From an uncultured Bacilli bacterium (GTDB taxonomy: Bacteria > Bacillota_I > Bacilli_A > RF39 > UBA660): 52,839 bases of DNA. Both the position numbers and the translations under genes were made by a program. This document shows, in pieces, positions 7,615-17,707 of this stretch; position 1 is the stretch's first letter, and each line of letters starts with the position of its first letter. The stretch is taken from assembly GCA_948497845.1 (NCBI GenBank), contig CAOOMX010000003.1, positions 1 through 52,839 of the forward strand. The letters are read 5' to 3'. The notes under the pieces are model-generated. The model made no database searches. It worked only from the letters and a program-made list of their open reading frames with translations, and was not told the origin of the DNA.

Positions 7615-10509
7615 ATGAACGAAAGACTGGGAATAGAAACAGCTATTAAATTATTTGAAAGTGCAAATAGAGAACAAATTGCTTCTTTAAAAACAGCTTA
7701 TAATAATTATGGTATTGGAAAACGTTATGAAAATGAATTATTAAATGATGCTAAAAAAGAATTGGATGATATTAATCAAGTGTTTTTGAATGCGGGATTA
7801 GATGCTCCATTTATTTTAAGTTATGCTCAGTTAAATACGAGTCTTGATAGAAAAAAGGAAAGTATTGCAGAATTAGAAAAACAAAGAGCTGAAGCAAGAG
7901 CAGCTTATATGGAATTAGATGAAGAAAAACTTATGGCTCAAAATCCATATATTACTTTAAATGAAATTAAAACGAGAAAGGCAACTGCAAGTAAAAAATG
8001 GGATGAGTTAAATTCTGCTATAGATGCTGCATGGAGAAAATACCGTTTATTAGAAGAGCAAAAGAAAAGAATAACTGATCCTGGTTTATTTGATGCTGAA
8101 TGTAATACGATTGAATATTTACGTTCATTAACTGATTCTAATGTAGATGAAGTATTAAAAACATATGTTCCTTATACTCAAATAGGTTTAGATGGGAAGC
8201 CTCTTGTTTCTAGTGAAAGATTAAATATTTTATTGCAATCAAAGTTATATGCTGTTGATTTATCCTTAGAAAGTGCTTTAGAAAAAAGAAAATTAATTGA
8301 ACAAAATATTGCTGTATTCGAAAGTGTTGGAAAAGAAATAGGTGTAGAGCTTATTTATGATGAAAAAGTAGCAGCTTTTAATGCTGCAAAAGTAGCACAG
8401 CAAATGTCAAGTAGTTATACTAGTTCACAAACTTTCACAATGGGCACAGGATTTGGAACTGGTACTGGATTCGGTACTAGTGGAACTGAGGCTAGTGGAA
8501 CTAGCACAGGTAACAATTTTGGCGGAGCTGGCACTAGTGGAACTGATGCAGGTAATAATTCTGGTGGAGCTGATGCTAATAGCGATGATTTTGATAAAGC
8601 TTGTGAAGATGCAAATGCATTAATTGCAGACGTTGAAAACATGATTCCAGAGTGGAATGTATGCGGTGTTGATCTTTTAGCTGGAGAAAAAGTGCGCTTA
8701 AATGACATTGTTGAAAATTTGAAAGTTGCTATGAATAATAAAAATTTAGAAGAAATAGAGCAACTAAATGAAGAATTGAGTAAAGATTTTGGTGAATTGT
8801 TAGAATTATTGAACACTAATGCTGGTGAAGTGCTTGCTAAAGCAGATAATATGCTTTCTAATTGGGATGATCTTTTTGCTGATGGTAGAGCTGATGCTAA
8901 ACTGGCTATAAATGCTATTTTAGGTGAAATAGAAGCTGCTATGAATTGGAGTGATTTCAAAGAAGTAGAAAGAGAAATTGGAACCCTAGATAATTATTTA
9001 AATCAATTATTAAATGTAACATTCATTAACGAAGCTAAAGAAAAAATAGCGAAAGCAGAAGGATTATTATCTGATTGGCTTAGATTTTTTAATACTGCAT
9101 GGACAAGTGATAAAGCTGTTTTGGATAATGATATTACAGAACTAGAAATTGCTATACATGATCAGGATTTAGAAAAAATAAAAAGATTATCTGGAGAACT
9201 AGATAGTCACTTAGATAGTATAGGAAAAGAAGTCGGAAAGAAAATATTCAATCAAATTGATTCAGCTTATGCAGATAATTTAGTAGATTTAAGTCCTTTG
9301 GAAAGGTCTATTATAAGACCAGCTGCAGAAGAATTGGAAAAAGCACTTTCAGCAGTACATGTAAATGTGGATGAAATAAATGAAAAGGCTGGAAAGTTAT
9401 ATGAAATAGCAGAACCTATTTTTAGTGCTATTGAAGCTATAGATAAGGCTGATGCTCTAATAAGTGAGAGCAATAAAGTAGTTTCTAGAAAAGAAAAGAA
9501 ATCACTTAAAGAGATGAAAAAAGAATTAATGTCTGCAAGACTTGAAGGAGATACAGATCGTATTAAAGCAGCCAGAGATGATTTAAATGAAGCAATAGAA
9601 GATGTTGAAACTAATGTTCAAAAGAAAAAGAATGATACATTAGATGAAAAACTTCCATTAGGTACAAGATATGAAGTTGTAAAACAAAAAACAGCAAAAA
9701 TTGCAAAGTCAACAGCATCTATCTTAAAAGCTGCTGCAATAGCGGGTGTAGCTATGACAGGATTAATTGGAGTAACTACAGGAGTTTGGTTATCTCCAGG
9801 AGTTCTTTCTCCGCTAGCAACTGTATTAACAGCCAGTGCTTTTTCTGGAGCTTTACAAATGTTGTATCAACATGTTATTATTCCTAAATTTGGACTCGAT
9901 GCTTTGCTGGAAGAATTGAGGATAAAGAAAGGCAAGAAGAAAAAATTACTTTATCCATTCTGGCTTACAAGTGGAGTTTCAATAATAAAAGAAAAAGCTT
10001 TTGGAGCTGTAAAAGACTTTGTGGCAGATAAGAGAGTTGAACATGCAGAAAAGAAAGAAGCTAAATTACAAGAGAAAAGAAGGGCTTTAAAAGAAGCAGC
10101 TGAAAAGGCTGAGGCAGAAAAAACTCTCGAAAATTCAGGCGAAACTTTAGCTTCTTCTGAAATTGTACCTGGAGAAAATATTTCTGTAGCAGACCCTTTT
10201 GTAGACGGCGAAGATCCATTTGCAGAAGATGAAGAAGAAACATTGGCAGCACCTGCTTCTGATACGACTTTAAAAGGAGAAGGAACTGGGGAGCCATTGT
10301 ATGATGAGGATTTCTTCAAGAATCTTGGATCAGAAGACCTGTTTGGGAAGATACAATTTTCGGATTTAGCACAAAAATTGGGAACTAGTCCACAGGACCT
10401 AGTAAGCAAATTAAATGGTATAGCTGATGAAGACTTAGATTTAGGTGACGCTTCAGGTTTAGTAGATGGTGACTTTGGTCCAGGTTTAGCAGAAGGAAGA
10501 GGGAGATAG
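7615..10509 (+). CDS. Large coiled-coil membrane protein, unknown function
   Basis: 964 aa with long charged helical regions and a G/T/S/N low-complexity linker (GTGFGTGTGFGTSGTEASGTSTGNNFGGAGTSG). Hydrophobic helices lie near the C-terminal third (AAIAGVAMTGLIGVTTGVWL, LATVLTASAFSGALQML), followed by an acidic tail. Confidence 0.6.
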   Translation: MNERLGIETAIKLFESANREQIASLKTAYNNYGIGKRYENELLNDAKKELDDINQVFLNAGLDAPFILSYAQLNTSLDRKKESIAELEKQRAEARAAYMELDEEKLMAQNPYITLNEIKTRKATASKKWDELNSAIDAAWRKYRLLEEQKKRITDPGLFDAECNTIEYLRSLTDSNVDEVLKTYVPYTQIGLDGKPLVSSERLNILLQSKLYAVDLSLESALEKRKLIEQNIAVFESVGKEIGVELIYDEKVAAFNAAKVAQQMSSSYTSSQTFTMGTGFGTGTGFGTSGTEASGTSTGNNFGGAGTSGTDAGNNSGGADANSDDFDKACEDANALIADVENMIPEWNVCGVDLLAGEKVRLNDIVENLKVAMNNKNLEEIEQLNEELSKDFGELLELLNTNAGEVLAKADNMLSNWDDLFADGRADAKLAINAILGEIEAAMNWSDFKEVEREIGTLDNYLNQLLNVTFINEAKEKIAKAEGLLSDWLRFFNTAWTSDKAVLDNDITELEIAIHDQDLEKIKRLSGELDSHLDSIGKEVGKKIFNQIDSAYADNLVDLSPLERSIIRPAAEELEKALSAVHVNVDEINEKAGKLYEIAEPIFSAIEAIDKADALISESNKVVSRKEKKSLKEMKKELMSARLEGDTDRIKAARDDLNEAIEDVETNVQKKKNDTLDEKLPLGTRYEVVKQKTAKIAKSTASILKAAAIAGVAMTGLIGVTTGVWLSPGVLSPLATVLTASAFSGALQMLYQHVIIPKFGLDALLEELRIKKGKKKKLLYPFWLTSGVSIIKEKAFGAVKDFVADKRVEHAEKKEAKLQEKRRALKEAAEKAEAEKTLENSGETLASSEIVPGENISVADPFVDGEDPFAEDEEETLAAPASDTTLKGEGTGEPLYDEDFFKNLGSEDLFGKIQFSDLAQKLGTSPQDLVSKLNGIADEDLDLGDASGLVDGDFGPGLAEGRGR

Positions 10510-10511
10510 TA

Positions 10512-10793
10512 GTGAAAGTTGATAGTGTGATTACTTTAGAAAATAATTTAAATTGTTTGCTTTTAGATAAAGCCGTTTATAAAAATAATAATTACTTTTT
10601 GGCCATTTTATTGGATGAAGATAATGAACCAACTGATGATAGTGTTGTTTTAAAAGAAATTATTGAAGATGGAAAAATTTACATTGAAAGAGAAGGAAAC
10701 GAAGAAGTATTAGCAGAATTGTTAAAGCTGTTTGTAAAATCGTTTGCTGAAGATGTAGAAAGTTTACCTCCAATTGATGAAGAAGAAGTGTAA
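10512..10793 (+). CDS. Small acidic protein (DUF1292-like, tentative)
   Basis: GTG start 3 nt after the upstream stop. The pattern ITLEN...YFLAILLDEDNEP...VVLKEI..DG resembles DUF1292. Confidence 0.4.
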   Translation: MKVDSVITLENNLNCLLLDKAVYKNNNYFLAILLDEDNEPTDDSVVLKEIIEDGKIYIEREGNEEVLAELLKLFVKSFAEDVESLPPIDEEEV

Positions 10794-10796
10794 AAT

Positions 10797-10822
10797 ATCA
10801 ACCCTTATGGGTTGATTTTTTT
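10797..10822 (+). terminator. Rho-independent terminator
   Basis: ATCAACCC-TTAT-GGGTTGAT followed by TTTTTT. Confidence 0.8.
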
Positions 10823-10874
10823 GCGCATAAATGGTAAACTTACTATTAGAAGAAAGATAATAATGGGGATAATT

Positions 10875-11498
10875 ATGAGTAAAAAAACAAGAAATATTTT
10901 AATCGTTTTATATGTTTTAGCTTTTTTTATTACTTGTATAGGGGCAACTCTTGCATATTTTACTGTTATTAAAGTATCAACCGTTTCTCCAGAAACAGAT
11001 ATTAATTCTGCTACAATGACGTCAATTATTTTTGACGCTGGTAGACCAATTGCGTTATATGCCAATGAATTGAATTTTGCGGAGGGAATGAATAATCTTA
11101 GTGGTGAAACTTTTGCTTCTTCTACATTAAAAATTGGTTCTGTAGAAGAAAGTGCTACTTTTTATTATAATTTAAGTATTGAGTTTTTTGAAAATACTTT
11201 GCTATATTCTTCTTATAAACAAACGCCAGAAGTATTGTTAACTTTACATGATCCTTCAGGCAATGAAATTAAATCGTTGGAAGGGCTTAATTATGTTACA
11301 GTAGATGATGTTTCAGGATTTGACGTTACGGGGAAAACTGGAAAATATTTAGTGGCTAGTAATTATGAAATTACTACTACTAGTGAGATTACACAGAAAT
11401 GGAATGTAAAATTAACGTTTGTTAATTTAGAAACATCTCAAGATATTAATAAGGGTAAAGGTTTGAATGGTGTTATGAAGATAGATCCTATCTATTAA
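10875..11498 (+). CDS. Secreted protein with a SipW-type (TasA/camelysin-like) signal peptide
   Basis: The N-terminus MSKKTRNILIVLYVLAFFITCIGATLAYFT carries the G-A-T-L-A-Y-F-T motif typical of SipW-dependent signal peptides. Tracked start 10812 lies inside the upstream terminator, so ATG 10863 or 10875 is preferred. Confidence 0.5.
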   Translation: MSKKTRNILIVLYVLAFFITCIGATLAYFTVIKVSTVSPETDINSATMTSIIFDAGRPIALYANELNFAEGMNNLSGETFASSTLKIGSVEESATFYYNLSIEFFENTLLYSSYKQTPEVLLTLHDPSGNEIKSLEGLNYVTVDDVSGFDVTGKTGKYLVASNYEITTTSEITQKWNVKLTFVNLETSQDINKGKGLNGVMKIDPIY

Positions 11499-11508
11499 GA
11501 AAGAGGTT

Positions 11509-11889
11509 TTGGTTATGAGAATGAGTGAGTATGAAAAGCAAATTATTGCTAGTTCTATGGAAATGGCAAGACAGAATGAATGGGATGATGTGATGTTACT
11601 CACTGGTTCTGAAATAATGGAAATGTATCCCTTGACTGATTTTGAGAAAGCGGAGTGTGTCCCAGATTTAACTTTAAGAGGATTAGAAATAGCGGAGTTA
11701 GAAGCATTAATTGATAGCTTACAGCAAGAAGTTGATCATTGTGAAGAACAAATAGCAAATATGGATCGTTCTAGTCACATTACAGAAGCAAGGAGTGAAT
11801 TAAGCTATTATCGTAGGGAGCTTGTTATGGCACAGGAAAGATATGATGGTTTGATAAATGATGAAAGAAGAGATTCAAGGCTTTATTGA
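11509..11889 (+). CDS. Hypothetical acidic coiled-coil protein
   Basis: Tracked ORF with a TGA stop, overlapping the start of the recombinase gene. No family recognised. Confidence 0.45.
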   Translation: MVMRMSEYEKQIIASSMEMARQNEWDDVMLLTGSEIMEMYPLTDFEKAECVPDLTLRGLEIAELEALIDSLQQEVDHCEEQIANMDRSSHITEARSELSYYRRELVMAQERYDGLINDERRDSRLY

Positions 11890-12757
11890 TTATTTGATAA
11901 AAGAGCTTAATTTTGCAAATAATACAGTTATTTCCTATCAAAGAGATTTGGCAATGTATATGGAATATCTTGCAAAAGAACAATTAAGTTTTTTAGATAT
12001 TTCAAGAGAAGATGTTCGTGTTTATTTAAAATATCTTTCCAAAAAAGCTTTAAAGAATAGTAGTATTTCTAGGCATATTAGTTGTTTAAGAAGTTTTTAC
12101 AATTATTTGTTGTTAAATGGTAAAATAGAAGTAAATGTTTTTAAAATGATTAGTAATCCTAAGCTGGAAAGAAAATTACCTAATTTTTTAAGTTATGAAG
12201 AGATGCGTATTATTTTTGATTCTATTGATATAAATACTTCCATTGGACTTAGAGATCGATTAATGATTGAGCTTTTTTATGCTAGTGGTTGTCGTGTAAG
12301 TGAACTTATTGCTATTAAAATACAAGATATTGATGTTAATAAAAAAACGATTCGTATAATGGGGAAAGGAAGTAAGGAACGATTTGTTTATTATGGGGAA
12401 TATGCAGCTTATTATTTAGATTTATACCTAAAAGACAGTAGAGAGAAAATAAAAGGATCTGTAAATACTGATTATCTTCTTTTGTCAAAAAAAGGGAAGG
12501 CTCTAACTTTAATGGAGATGGAAGTTATTATTAGAAACTTAGTTAAAGATTTACCTTTAAAAAGTCATGTTACTCCGCATACATTTCGACATACTTTTGC
12601 CACACATCTGTTGAATAATGGTGCGGATATCAAAACGGTACAAGAATTGTTAGGTCATACAAATTTAAATACAACGGGGATATATACCCATGTAACAAAT
12701 GAACGATTAAGAGAAGTATATTTGAAGACGTTCCCTAGAATAGGGAATAAATTATAG
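11858..12757 (+). CDS. Site-specific tyrosine recombinase, XerC/XerD type
   Basis: 299 aa with an N-terminal SAM-like domain (FIDYL...NTVISYQRDL). Catalytic blocks are ASGCRVSEL, HTFRHTFATHLL and LLGHTNLNTTGIYTHV. Confidence 0.85.
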   Translation: MMKEEIQGFIDYLIKELNFANNTVISYQRDLAMYMEYLAKEQLSFLDISREDVRVYLKYLSKKALKNSSISRHISCLRSFYNYLLLNGKIEVNVFKMISNPKLERKLPNFLSYEEMRIIFDSIDINTSIGLRDRLMIELFYASGCRVSELIAIKIQDIDVNKKTIRIMGKGSKERFVYYGEYAAYYLDLYLKDSREKIKGSVNTDYLLLSKKGKALTLMEMEVIIRNLVKDLPLKSHVTPHTFRHTFATHLLNNGADIKTVQELLGHTNLNTTGIYTHVTNERLREVYLKTFPRIGNKL

Positions 12758-12768
12758 GAAAGGATATT

Positions 12769-13659
12769 ATGGAAACAATATTAGAATGTAAAAAAATATG
12801 TAAAAGGTTTGGGAAAAAGCAAATATTACAAGATGTTTCTTTTAAAATTTTAGAAGGGGACATTTTAGCTTTTATTGGACCAAATGGTAGTGGTAAGACT
12901 ACAACTATTAAGCTGATACTTGGATTGCAAAGTATTGATGCAGGAGAAGTTGTTATTAATGGGTTTAATGTAGAAAAAGATTTTGTGAAAGCTATAAAAA
13001 GAGTAGGAGCTATTGTTGAAAATCCTGATATTTATATGTACTTATCAGGTTATCAGAATTTAAAATTAGTAAGTGATTATTATAAGGAAGTAATGGATGA
13101 AGATATTAAAAGAGTGGTTTCTTTGGTTGGATTAGAAGATCGTATTCATGATAAAGTTAGTAAATATTCTTTAGGTATGAGGCAACGACTAGGAATTGCT
13201 AGGGCTCTTCTTCATAACCCTAATTTGCTTATTTTAGATGAACCAACAAATGGTTTAGATCCAGAAGGAATAAAAGACCTTAGAGTTTTATTAAAAAAGT
13301 TAGCTAAAGATGGAATTGGAATTTTAATTTCCAGTCATAATTTAGCAGAATTAGAAAGTTTTTGTAATAAAGTATGTGTTATACAAGAAGGAAAAATAAT
13401 AGAAAGCACAGATGTTAAAGCGTTTAAAAAAGAACAAGATCAATATTTATTTGTTGTTTCTAGTACTGAAAAAATAGATTTTAAAAATATTAGTAATGTG
13501 AAAGAGGATTCTTTTTATTTTCATGGAACAAAAGAGGATGTGGCAAAACTTGTTGCTAAGTTAGTAAAGATGGGTATTAGCATTTATGAAGTTAAACAAA
13601 TAGAACTTACATTAGAAGAAGCTTTTTTAAGAAAAATGGGAGATAAGAAACATGATTAG
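12769..13659 (+). CDS. ABC transporter ATP-binding protein
   Basis: Walker A GPNGSGKTT, signature LSLGMRQRLGIA, Walker B LLILDEPTNGLD. Confidence 0.9.
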   Translation: METILECKKICKRFGKKQILQDVSFKILEGDILAFIGPNGSGKTTTIKLILGLQSIDAGEVVINGFNVEKDFVKAIKRVGAIVENPDIYMYLSGYQNLKLVSDYYKEVMDEDIKRVVSLVGLEDRIHDKVSKYSLGMRQRLGIARALLHNPNLLILDEPTNGLDPEGIKDLRVLLKKLAKDGIGILISSHNLAELESFCNKVCVIQEGKIIESTDVKAFKKEQDQYLFVVSSTEKIDFKNISNVKEDSFYFHGTKEDVAKLVAKLVKMGISIYEVKQIELTLEEAFLRKMGDKKHD

Positions 13660-15058
13660 ATTAATAAAAAATGAAATGTATAAATTGTTTCATAAAAAGA
13701 GTACTTTGATAACCCTTTTTGTTTTATTTGGTTTTGTAGTATTGGTTAACTTTTTTTATAGTAGTAATAATGCACAAAATTTTATTTATACAGATTCAAA
13801 TTACTTAGAGGAATTAAAACAAAAAGTAGATGGTTTTGATTTAGATAATGGAAATATGAATGAATATGCTAGTTTATGTTCTTCTTTAGAAATTCAGAAA
13901 TATGTAGAAGGAAAATATAATGATTGGAGAGTGGAATTTTACTATTCTAAAGTATCTTCAATAGTTGAAGAGTACTATCAGGCTTTATATGTTATGAAAG
14001 ATCAATCACAAGCAGATATGCTAAGAGAAAAAATTGATCAATATGTAAAAAGATTAGAGCATGAGGATTGGAGATTTTTTACTGAAAAAGAAATACTTTA
14101 TTTGAAAGATTCTTTAAATACTAGAGAAATTGTTACTTTAGGGGATTTTGATACAGATGTATTAAAGTTTAAAATTGAGTTATTGGAATATCGCTTGGAT
14201 AATAATGTTTCTTATGAAAAAAGTTATCTTGATACTGCTATAAGAACTTTAGAATCTACTATAAACGGAAAGAAAAGATATGAAGAAGCAAAAACTGAAA
14301 AAGAAAAAGAAAGTTTTGCCTCTGATTATGCTCGCTTTATGGAGAATGAGTATATTTTAAAAGAAAAAGTGGATATTAATAATGAGCAATCATTATATGG
14401 CATTTTACGTAATTTTTTAGGCGAATATTTATTTTTGATTTTAGTATTTGTTATTTTAATAGCGGGAAGTATGGTTAGTGATGAGTTTAGTAAGGGAACG
14501 ATTAAATCATTACTTATTCTACCTTATAAAAGAAATCAAATCTTATTGGCGAAATTGATAACTGTCTTACTTATGATTCCTTTTGTTACATTATTTTTAG
14601 TCGTTTGTGAATTTATAGTAGGAGGATTGTTCTTTGGATATTCGTCTTTGAGCGCTCCTGTTGTTGCTTATAATTTTAAATTAAATGGTATAGAAGTTAT
14701 GTCTTTATTTAAGTATTTTCTTTTATGCTTTTTGGGGCTTAGTCCTATGCTGATATTATTGGCAACTTTGGCTTTTGGTTTATCTACTATTATTTGTAGT
14801 ACAGCTTTTGCAATAACAATAACTTTTTGTGGATTTATTGCATCAAGTATCATTAATCAGTTTGCGTTATTTTATAAGGTTAAATTTTTGAATTATTTTG
14901 TAACTACGAATTGGGACTTAAGATATTTTATTTTTGGAGGCAGTTCTCCTTATGAAATTTCAATGAAACAATCTATTATTGTATGTTTTATATATTTTGC
15001 TATAATGGTAGTAGTTATGTTTGTAGTTTTTAAAAGAAAAAATATAAAGAATATTTAA
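13652..15058 (+). CDS. ABC-2-type transporter permease
   Basis: It overlaps the ATPase gene by 8 nt. An N-terminal TM helix is followed by a long extracytoplasmic loop and a C-terminal cluster of ~5 TM helices. Confidence 0.6.
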   Translation: MIRLIKNEMYKLFHKKSTLITLFVLFGFVVLVNFFYSSNNAQNFIYTDSNYLEELKQKVDGFDLDNGNMNEYASLCSSLEIQKYVEGKYNDWRVEFYYSKVSSIVEEYYQALYVMKDQSQADMLREKIDQYVKRLEHEDWRFFTEKEILYLKDSLNTREIVTLGDFDTDVLKFKIELLEYRLDNNVSYEKSYLDTAIRTLESTINGKKRYEEAKTEKEKESFASDYARFMENEYILKEKVDINNEQSLYGILRNFLGEYLFLILVFVILIAGSMVSDEFSKGTIKSLLILPYKRNQILLAKLITVLLMIPFVTLFLVVCEFIVGGLFFGYSSLSAPVVAYNFKLNGIEVMSLFKYFLLCFLGLSPMLILLATLAFGLSTIICSTAFAITITFCGFIASSIINQFALFYKVKFLNYFVTTNWDLRYFIFGGSSPYEISMKQSIIVCFIYFAIMVVVMFVVFKRKNIKNI

Positions 15059-15078
15059 GTAGAAGTGAGGTAGTAAAT

Positions 15079-16299
15079 ATGAAGTATCGATTAAGAAAAA
15101 TTTCTTTGCAAGTATGGGGTGTTTTTATTATATCGATACTTTCTTTTGGATCACTTTATTTAGGTTTGAAATCATATAAAAGTTTTTATAAGAATAGGGA
15201 AGAGGGCTTAGTTGAAAAGAAAGCTAGTGAAAAAACAGTGAAGAGAAGTGAAAAAATTGATGCTTTTTTACTAGATACTTCTTCTGATTATCTTTTCTTA
15301 GAGAAGGACTTTGGTCAAGTTTTTACTAATATTGTTATAAAAGATGATAATGGATATCAATCCTTTTTATTCGATTATGTTACTGGAGATAAATTAAATT
15401 TAGAAGATATTATAAAAGAAGGGAAAAGAGAAGAGTTTTATGAAAAGATTAAAGAACTTTTATATTTGAAATATCCTTCTTTTATTGCAGATGTTTTGAG
15501 TGAAAATGATAAAAGAAATGCATATATTTTTAAAGATAATGCTATGGTGATTTATTATTATGATTATGATATATCTCCTAAACCTGTTGAAGAATTATAT
15601 TTAACAATAAATTATAATGAAATTTATACATATTTGAAGTTTAATGTTGCATTAGATGATACTTACCAAAATGAAGATGGCTTTGCTATAAATAACGAGA
15701 AAAAATTGGTAAGTATTACATTTGATGATGGACCAGGGGCATATACCAATGAATTAGTAGATATATTAGCTGCCAATAAGGCTCATGCGACTTTCTTTAT
15801 GGTAGGAAATAGAATTGCTAAATTAAAGGATGTTGTTTTAAACGTTTATAAAAATGAAAATGAAGTGGCATATCATTCTTATGCACATAAGAGTTTTAAG
15901 CGTCAGCCTTTAGAAGAAATACAAGCAGATTTTTTGCTAAGTAATGAGACATTAAAAAGTATTATTGGTGTTCCATTTAAACTAACAAGACCTCCTTATG
16001 GAGCTATAAATGACGAAGTAAAGATGAGCTTAGATACTAGTTTTATTTTATGGAATGTTGATACTTTGGATTGGCAACATAAAGATGTAGATTATTTGTT
16101 TACTTATACACTTTCGCATATAAATGAAGGGGATATTGTTTTGTTTCATGATATTCATAGAACTTCTGTAGATGCTATTAAAGCTATTTTACCTGAATTA
16201 TATGTTAGAGGATATCAAGTAGTTACAGTGAGTGCACTTGCTAACTCATATGGTATTTCTTTGGAAAATCATAATGTATATAGACATTTTTCTAAATAA
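15079..16299 (+). CDS. Polysaccharide deacetylase (NodB homology domain), membrane anchored
   Basis: N-terminal TM helix; NodB motifs ITFDDGPG, HSYAH and RPPYGA. Confidence 0.85.
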   Translation: MKYRLRKISLQVWGVFIISILSFGSLYLGLKSYKSFYKNREEGLVEKKASEKTVKRSEKIDAFLLDTSSDYLFLEKDFGQVFTNIVIKDDNGYQSFLFDYVTGDKLNLEDIIKEGKREEFYEKIKELLYLKYPSFIADVLSENDKRNAYIFKDNAMVIYYYDYDISPKPVEELYLTINYNEIYTYLKFNVALDDTYQNEDGFAINNEKKLVSITFDDGPGAYTNELVDILAANKAHATFFMVGNRIAKLKDVVLNVYKNENEVAYHSYAHKSFKRQPLEEIQADFLLSNETLKSIIGVPFKLTRPPYGAINDEVKMSLDTSFILWNVDTLDWQHKDVDYLFTYTLSHINEGDIVLFHDIHRTSVDAIKAILPELYVRGYQVVTVSALANSYGISLENHNVYRHFSK

Positions 16300-16663
16300 A
16301 GCCAATTTCGTCAGGTTCTGTTTGTGTAATTTCGCTTATTACTTGAATGGCTCCGCCGATTAAAAATAAAATGGCACCAACTAATTTAGCTAAGGTAATT
16401 AAGTAATCTTTATTTTGTAAATTTTTTTCCATATTGTTTAAATCTTCAGTTATAATTAAAACAAAATATAAGTATATAAAAAAAGCAATTGTTAAAACGG
16501 TTATGTTAATTGCTTTTTGTTTGTAAAAAGCTTGTTTATCCTTTTTAGTATAGTAGTCTTCTTCTAGATGATTAGAGTAGAGTGCTGCTATAACGATAAA
16601 TGCATAAACAAACCAAATAAAGTTTTCTGTTTTTAGGCGTGATAGTTTAATACCAATATTCAT
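16292..16663 (-). CDS. Small polytopic membrane protein, unknown function
   Basis: 123 aa with 3-4 hydrophobic helices, convergent with the deacetylase gene. Confidence 0.5.
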   Translation of the reverse strand: MNIGIKLSRLKTENFIWFVYAFIVIAALYSNHLEEDYYTKKDKQAFYKQKAINITVLTIAFFIYLYFVLIITEDLNNMEKNLQNKDYLITLAKLVGAILFLIGGAIQVISEITQTEPDEIGFI

Positions 16664-16694
16664 ATTAGAAGTTTATTTAAAAAAAAAGAAATAA

Positions 16695-16991
16695 TTACTT
16701 CTTTTCTATCAGAAATTTATTTACTTTATCAATAATTAGTTTGTGTCTTCCTATTAAAAAGACAAAGGCAAAAATATAGAGAATGATACCTGATGTTATA
16801 CCAAATATTCTGGCATCTTTCATGATAGCATCGATGATTAAATAACTTCCATAAATAAGTAGTAATAGACTTGTTATTAAAAGACGAGTAAATCTTACTT
16901 TTAATATTTGGCCTGTCTTTGTTTGATAAAAAGCTTCACGCGTTTTTTTTTGTTCTTCTTTGGTTAATCTTTGATATTTGTTTTTTAGCAT
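16695..16991 (-). CDS. Small membrane protein, unknown function
   Basis: 98 aa with a basic N-terminus and two TM helices. Confidence 0.5.
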   Translation of the reverse strand: MLKNKYQRLTKEEQKKTREAFYQTKTGQILKVRFTRLLITSLLLLIYGSYLIIDAIMKDARIFGITSGIILYIFAFVFLIGRHKLIIDKVNKFLIEKK

Positions 16992-17041
16992 TGTTACACC
17001 TCAAAATCATTATATCATAATTTTTCGTTTTGTGGTAAAAT

Positions 17042-17644
17042 ATGAGATATGGTGATTTTATGAAACATTTTTTACTTAAAGTTTATGTAAGTGGTGCTGC
17101 TGGTGTGTTAGCTCCAAATTATTCTATTGCATCTTTAACAGAAGCGATATCTAAGAGTCTTTTATGGTATGAAATATATTGTGAAGGGCAAGTTGTTGCT
17201 TCTTTCTTACCAAAGGATATGGAAGGATTGTACTTTTATCCATTTGGTCTTATTATGTCTCATGAGGTACCTAAAGATGATGTTTTAGCAAGTATCAAAC
17301 AAGGTGATATTGAACAATTAATAGATTTATCTAATATAGGAGACAATAGAATTATTTTTAATAATGGGGTATTTGTTCTTTTAGAGTGTCTTACTGATTA
17401 TACTTTATTGCTATCTAGAATAGATGAAATGCCTTTTATTTTTGATGCTGAGATGGAATCTGATTTAAGAAGGATTTTATTTGATTATTTGGCAGAAAAG
17501 TTTGTTTTTCCTAACCCAGATTATGCTTTTAGATATGAGTTAGATTTTATAGTGGAGATGCCATATGTTTTTATAAAAATTAGACCTATTGCAAGACGCA
17601 TTGTCCCATTTGAGGCTTTATTAGAAAGGAAAAAAGAGGCATAA
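17042..17644 (+). CDS. Hypothetical protein
   Basis: Tracked 200-aa ORF. No motif recognised. Confidence 0.45.
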   Translation: MRYGDFMKHFLLKVYVSGAAGVLAPNYSIASLTEAISKSLLWYEIYCEGQVVASFLPKDMEGLYFYPFGLIMSHEVPKDDVLASIKQGDIEQLIDLSNIGDNRIIFNNGVFVLLECLTDYTLLLSRIDEMPFIFDAEMESDLRRILFDYLAEKFVFPNPDYAFRYELDFIVEMPYVFIKIRPIARRIVPFEALLERKKEA

Positions 17645-17707
17645 TTATATTTTGTTTTATAATGAATATATGTTATAATGTATTTAGTAAAGGTAGTGTA
17701 TTTGTAG

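Noticed and set aside
8415-10409. Minus-strand ORFs 8415..8960, 9267..9473, 9951..10409 and 10061..10297, inside the 964-aa coiled-coil gene.
   Set aside because: They are antisense shadows of a GA-rich (Glu/Lys/Ala) coding strand and have no translation signals.
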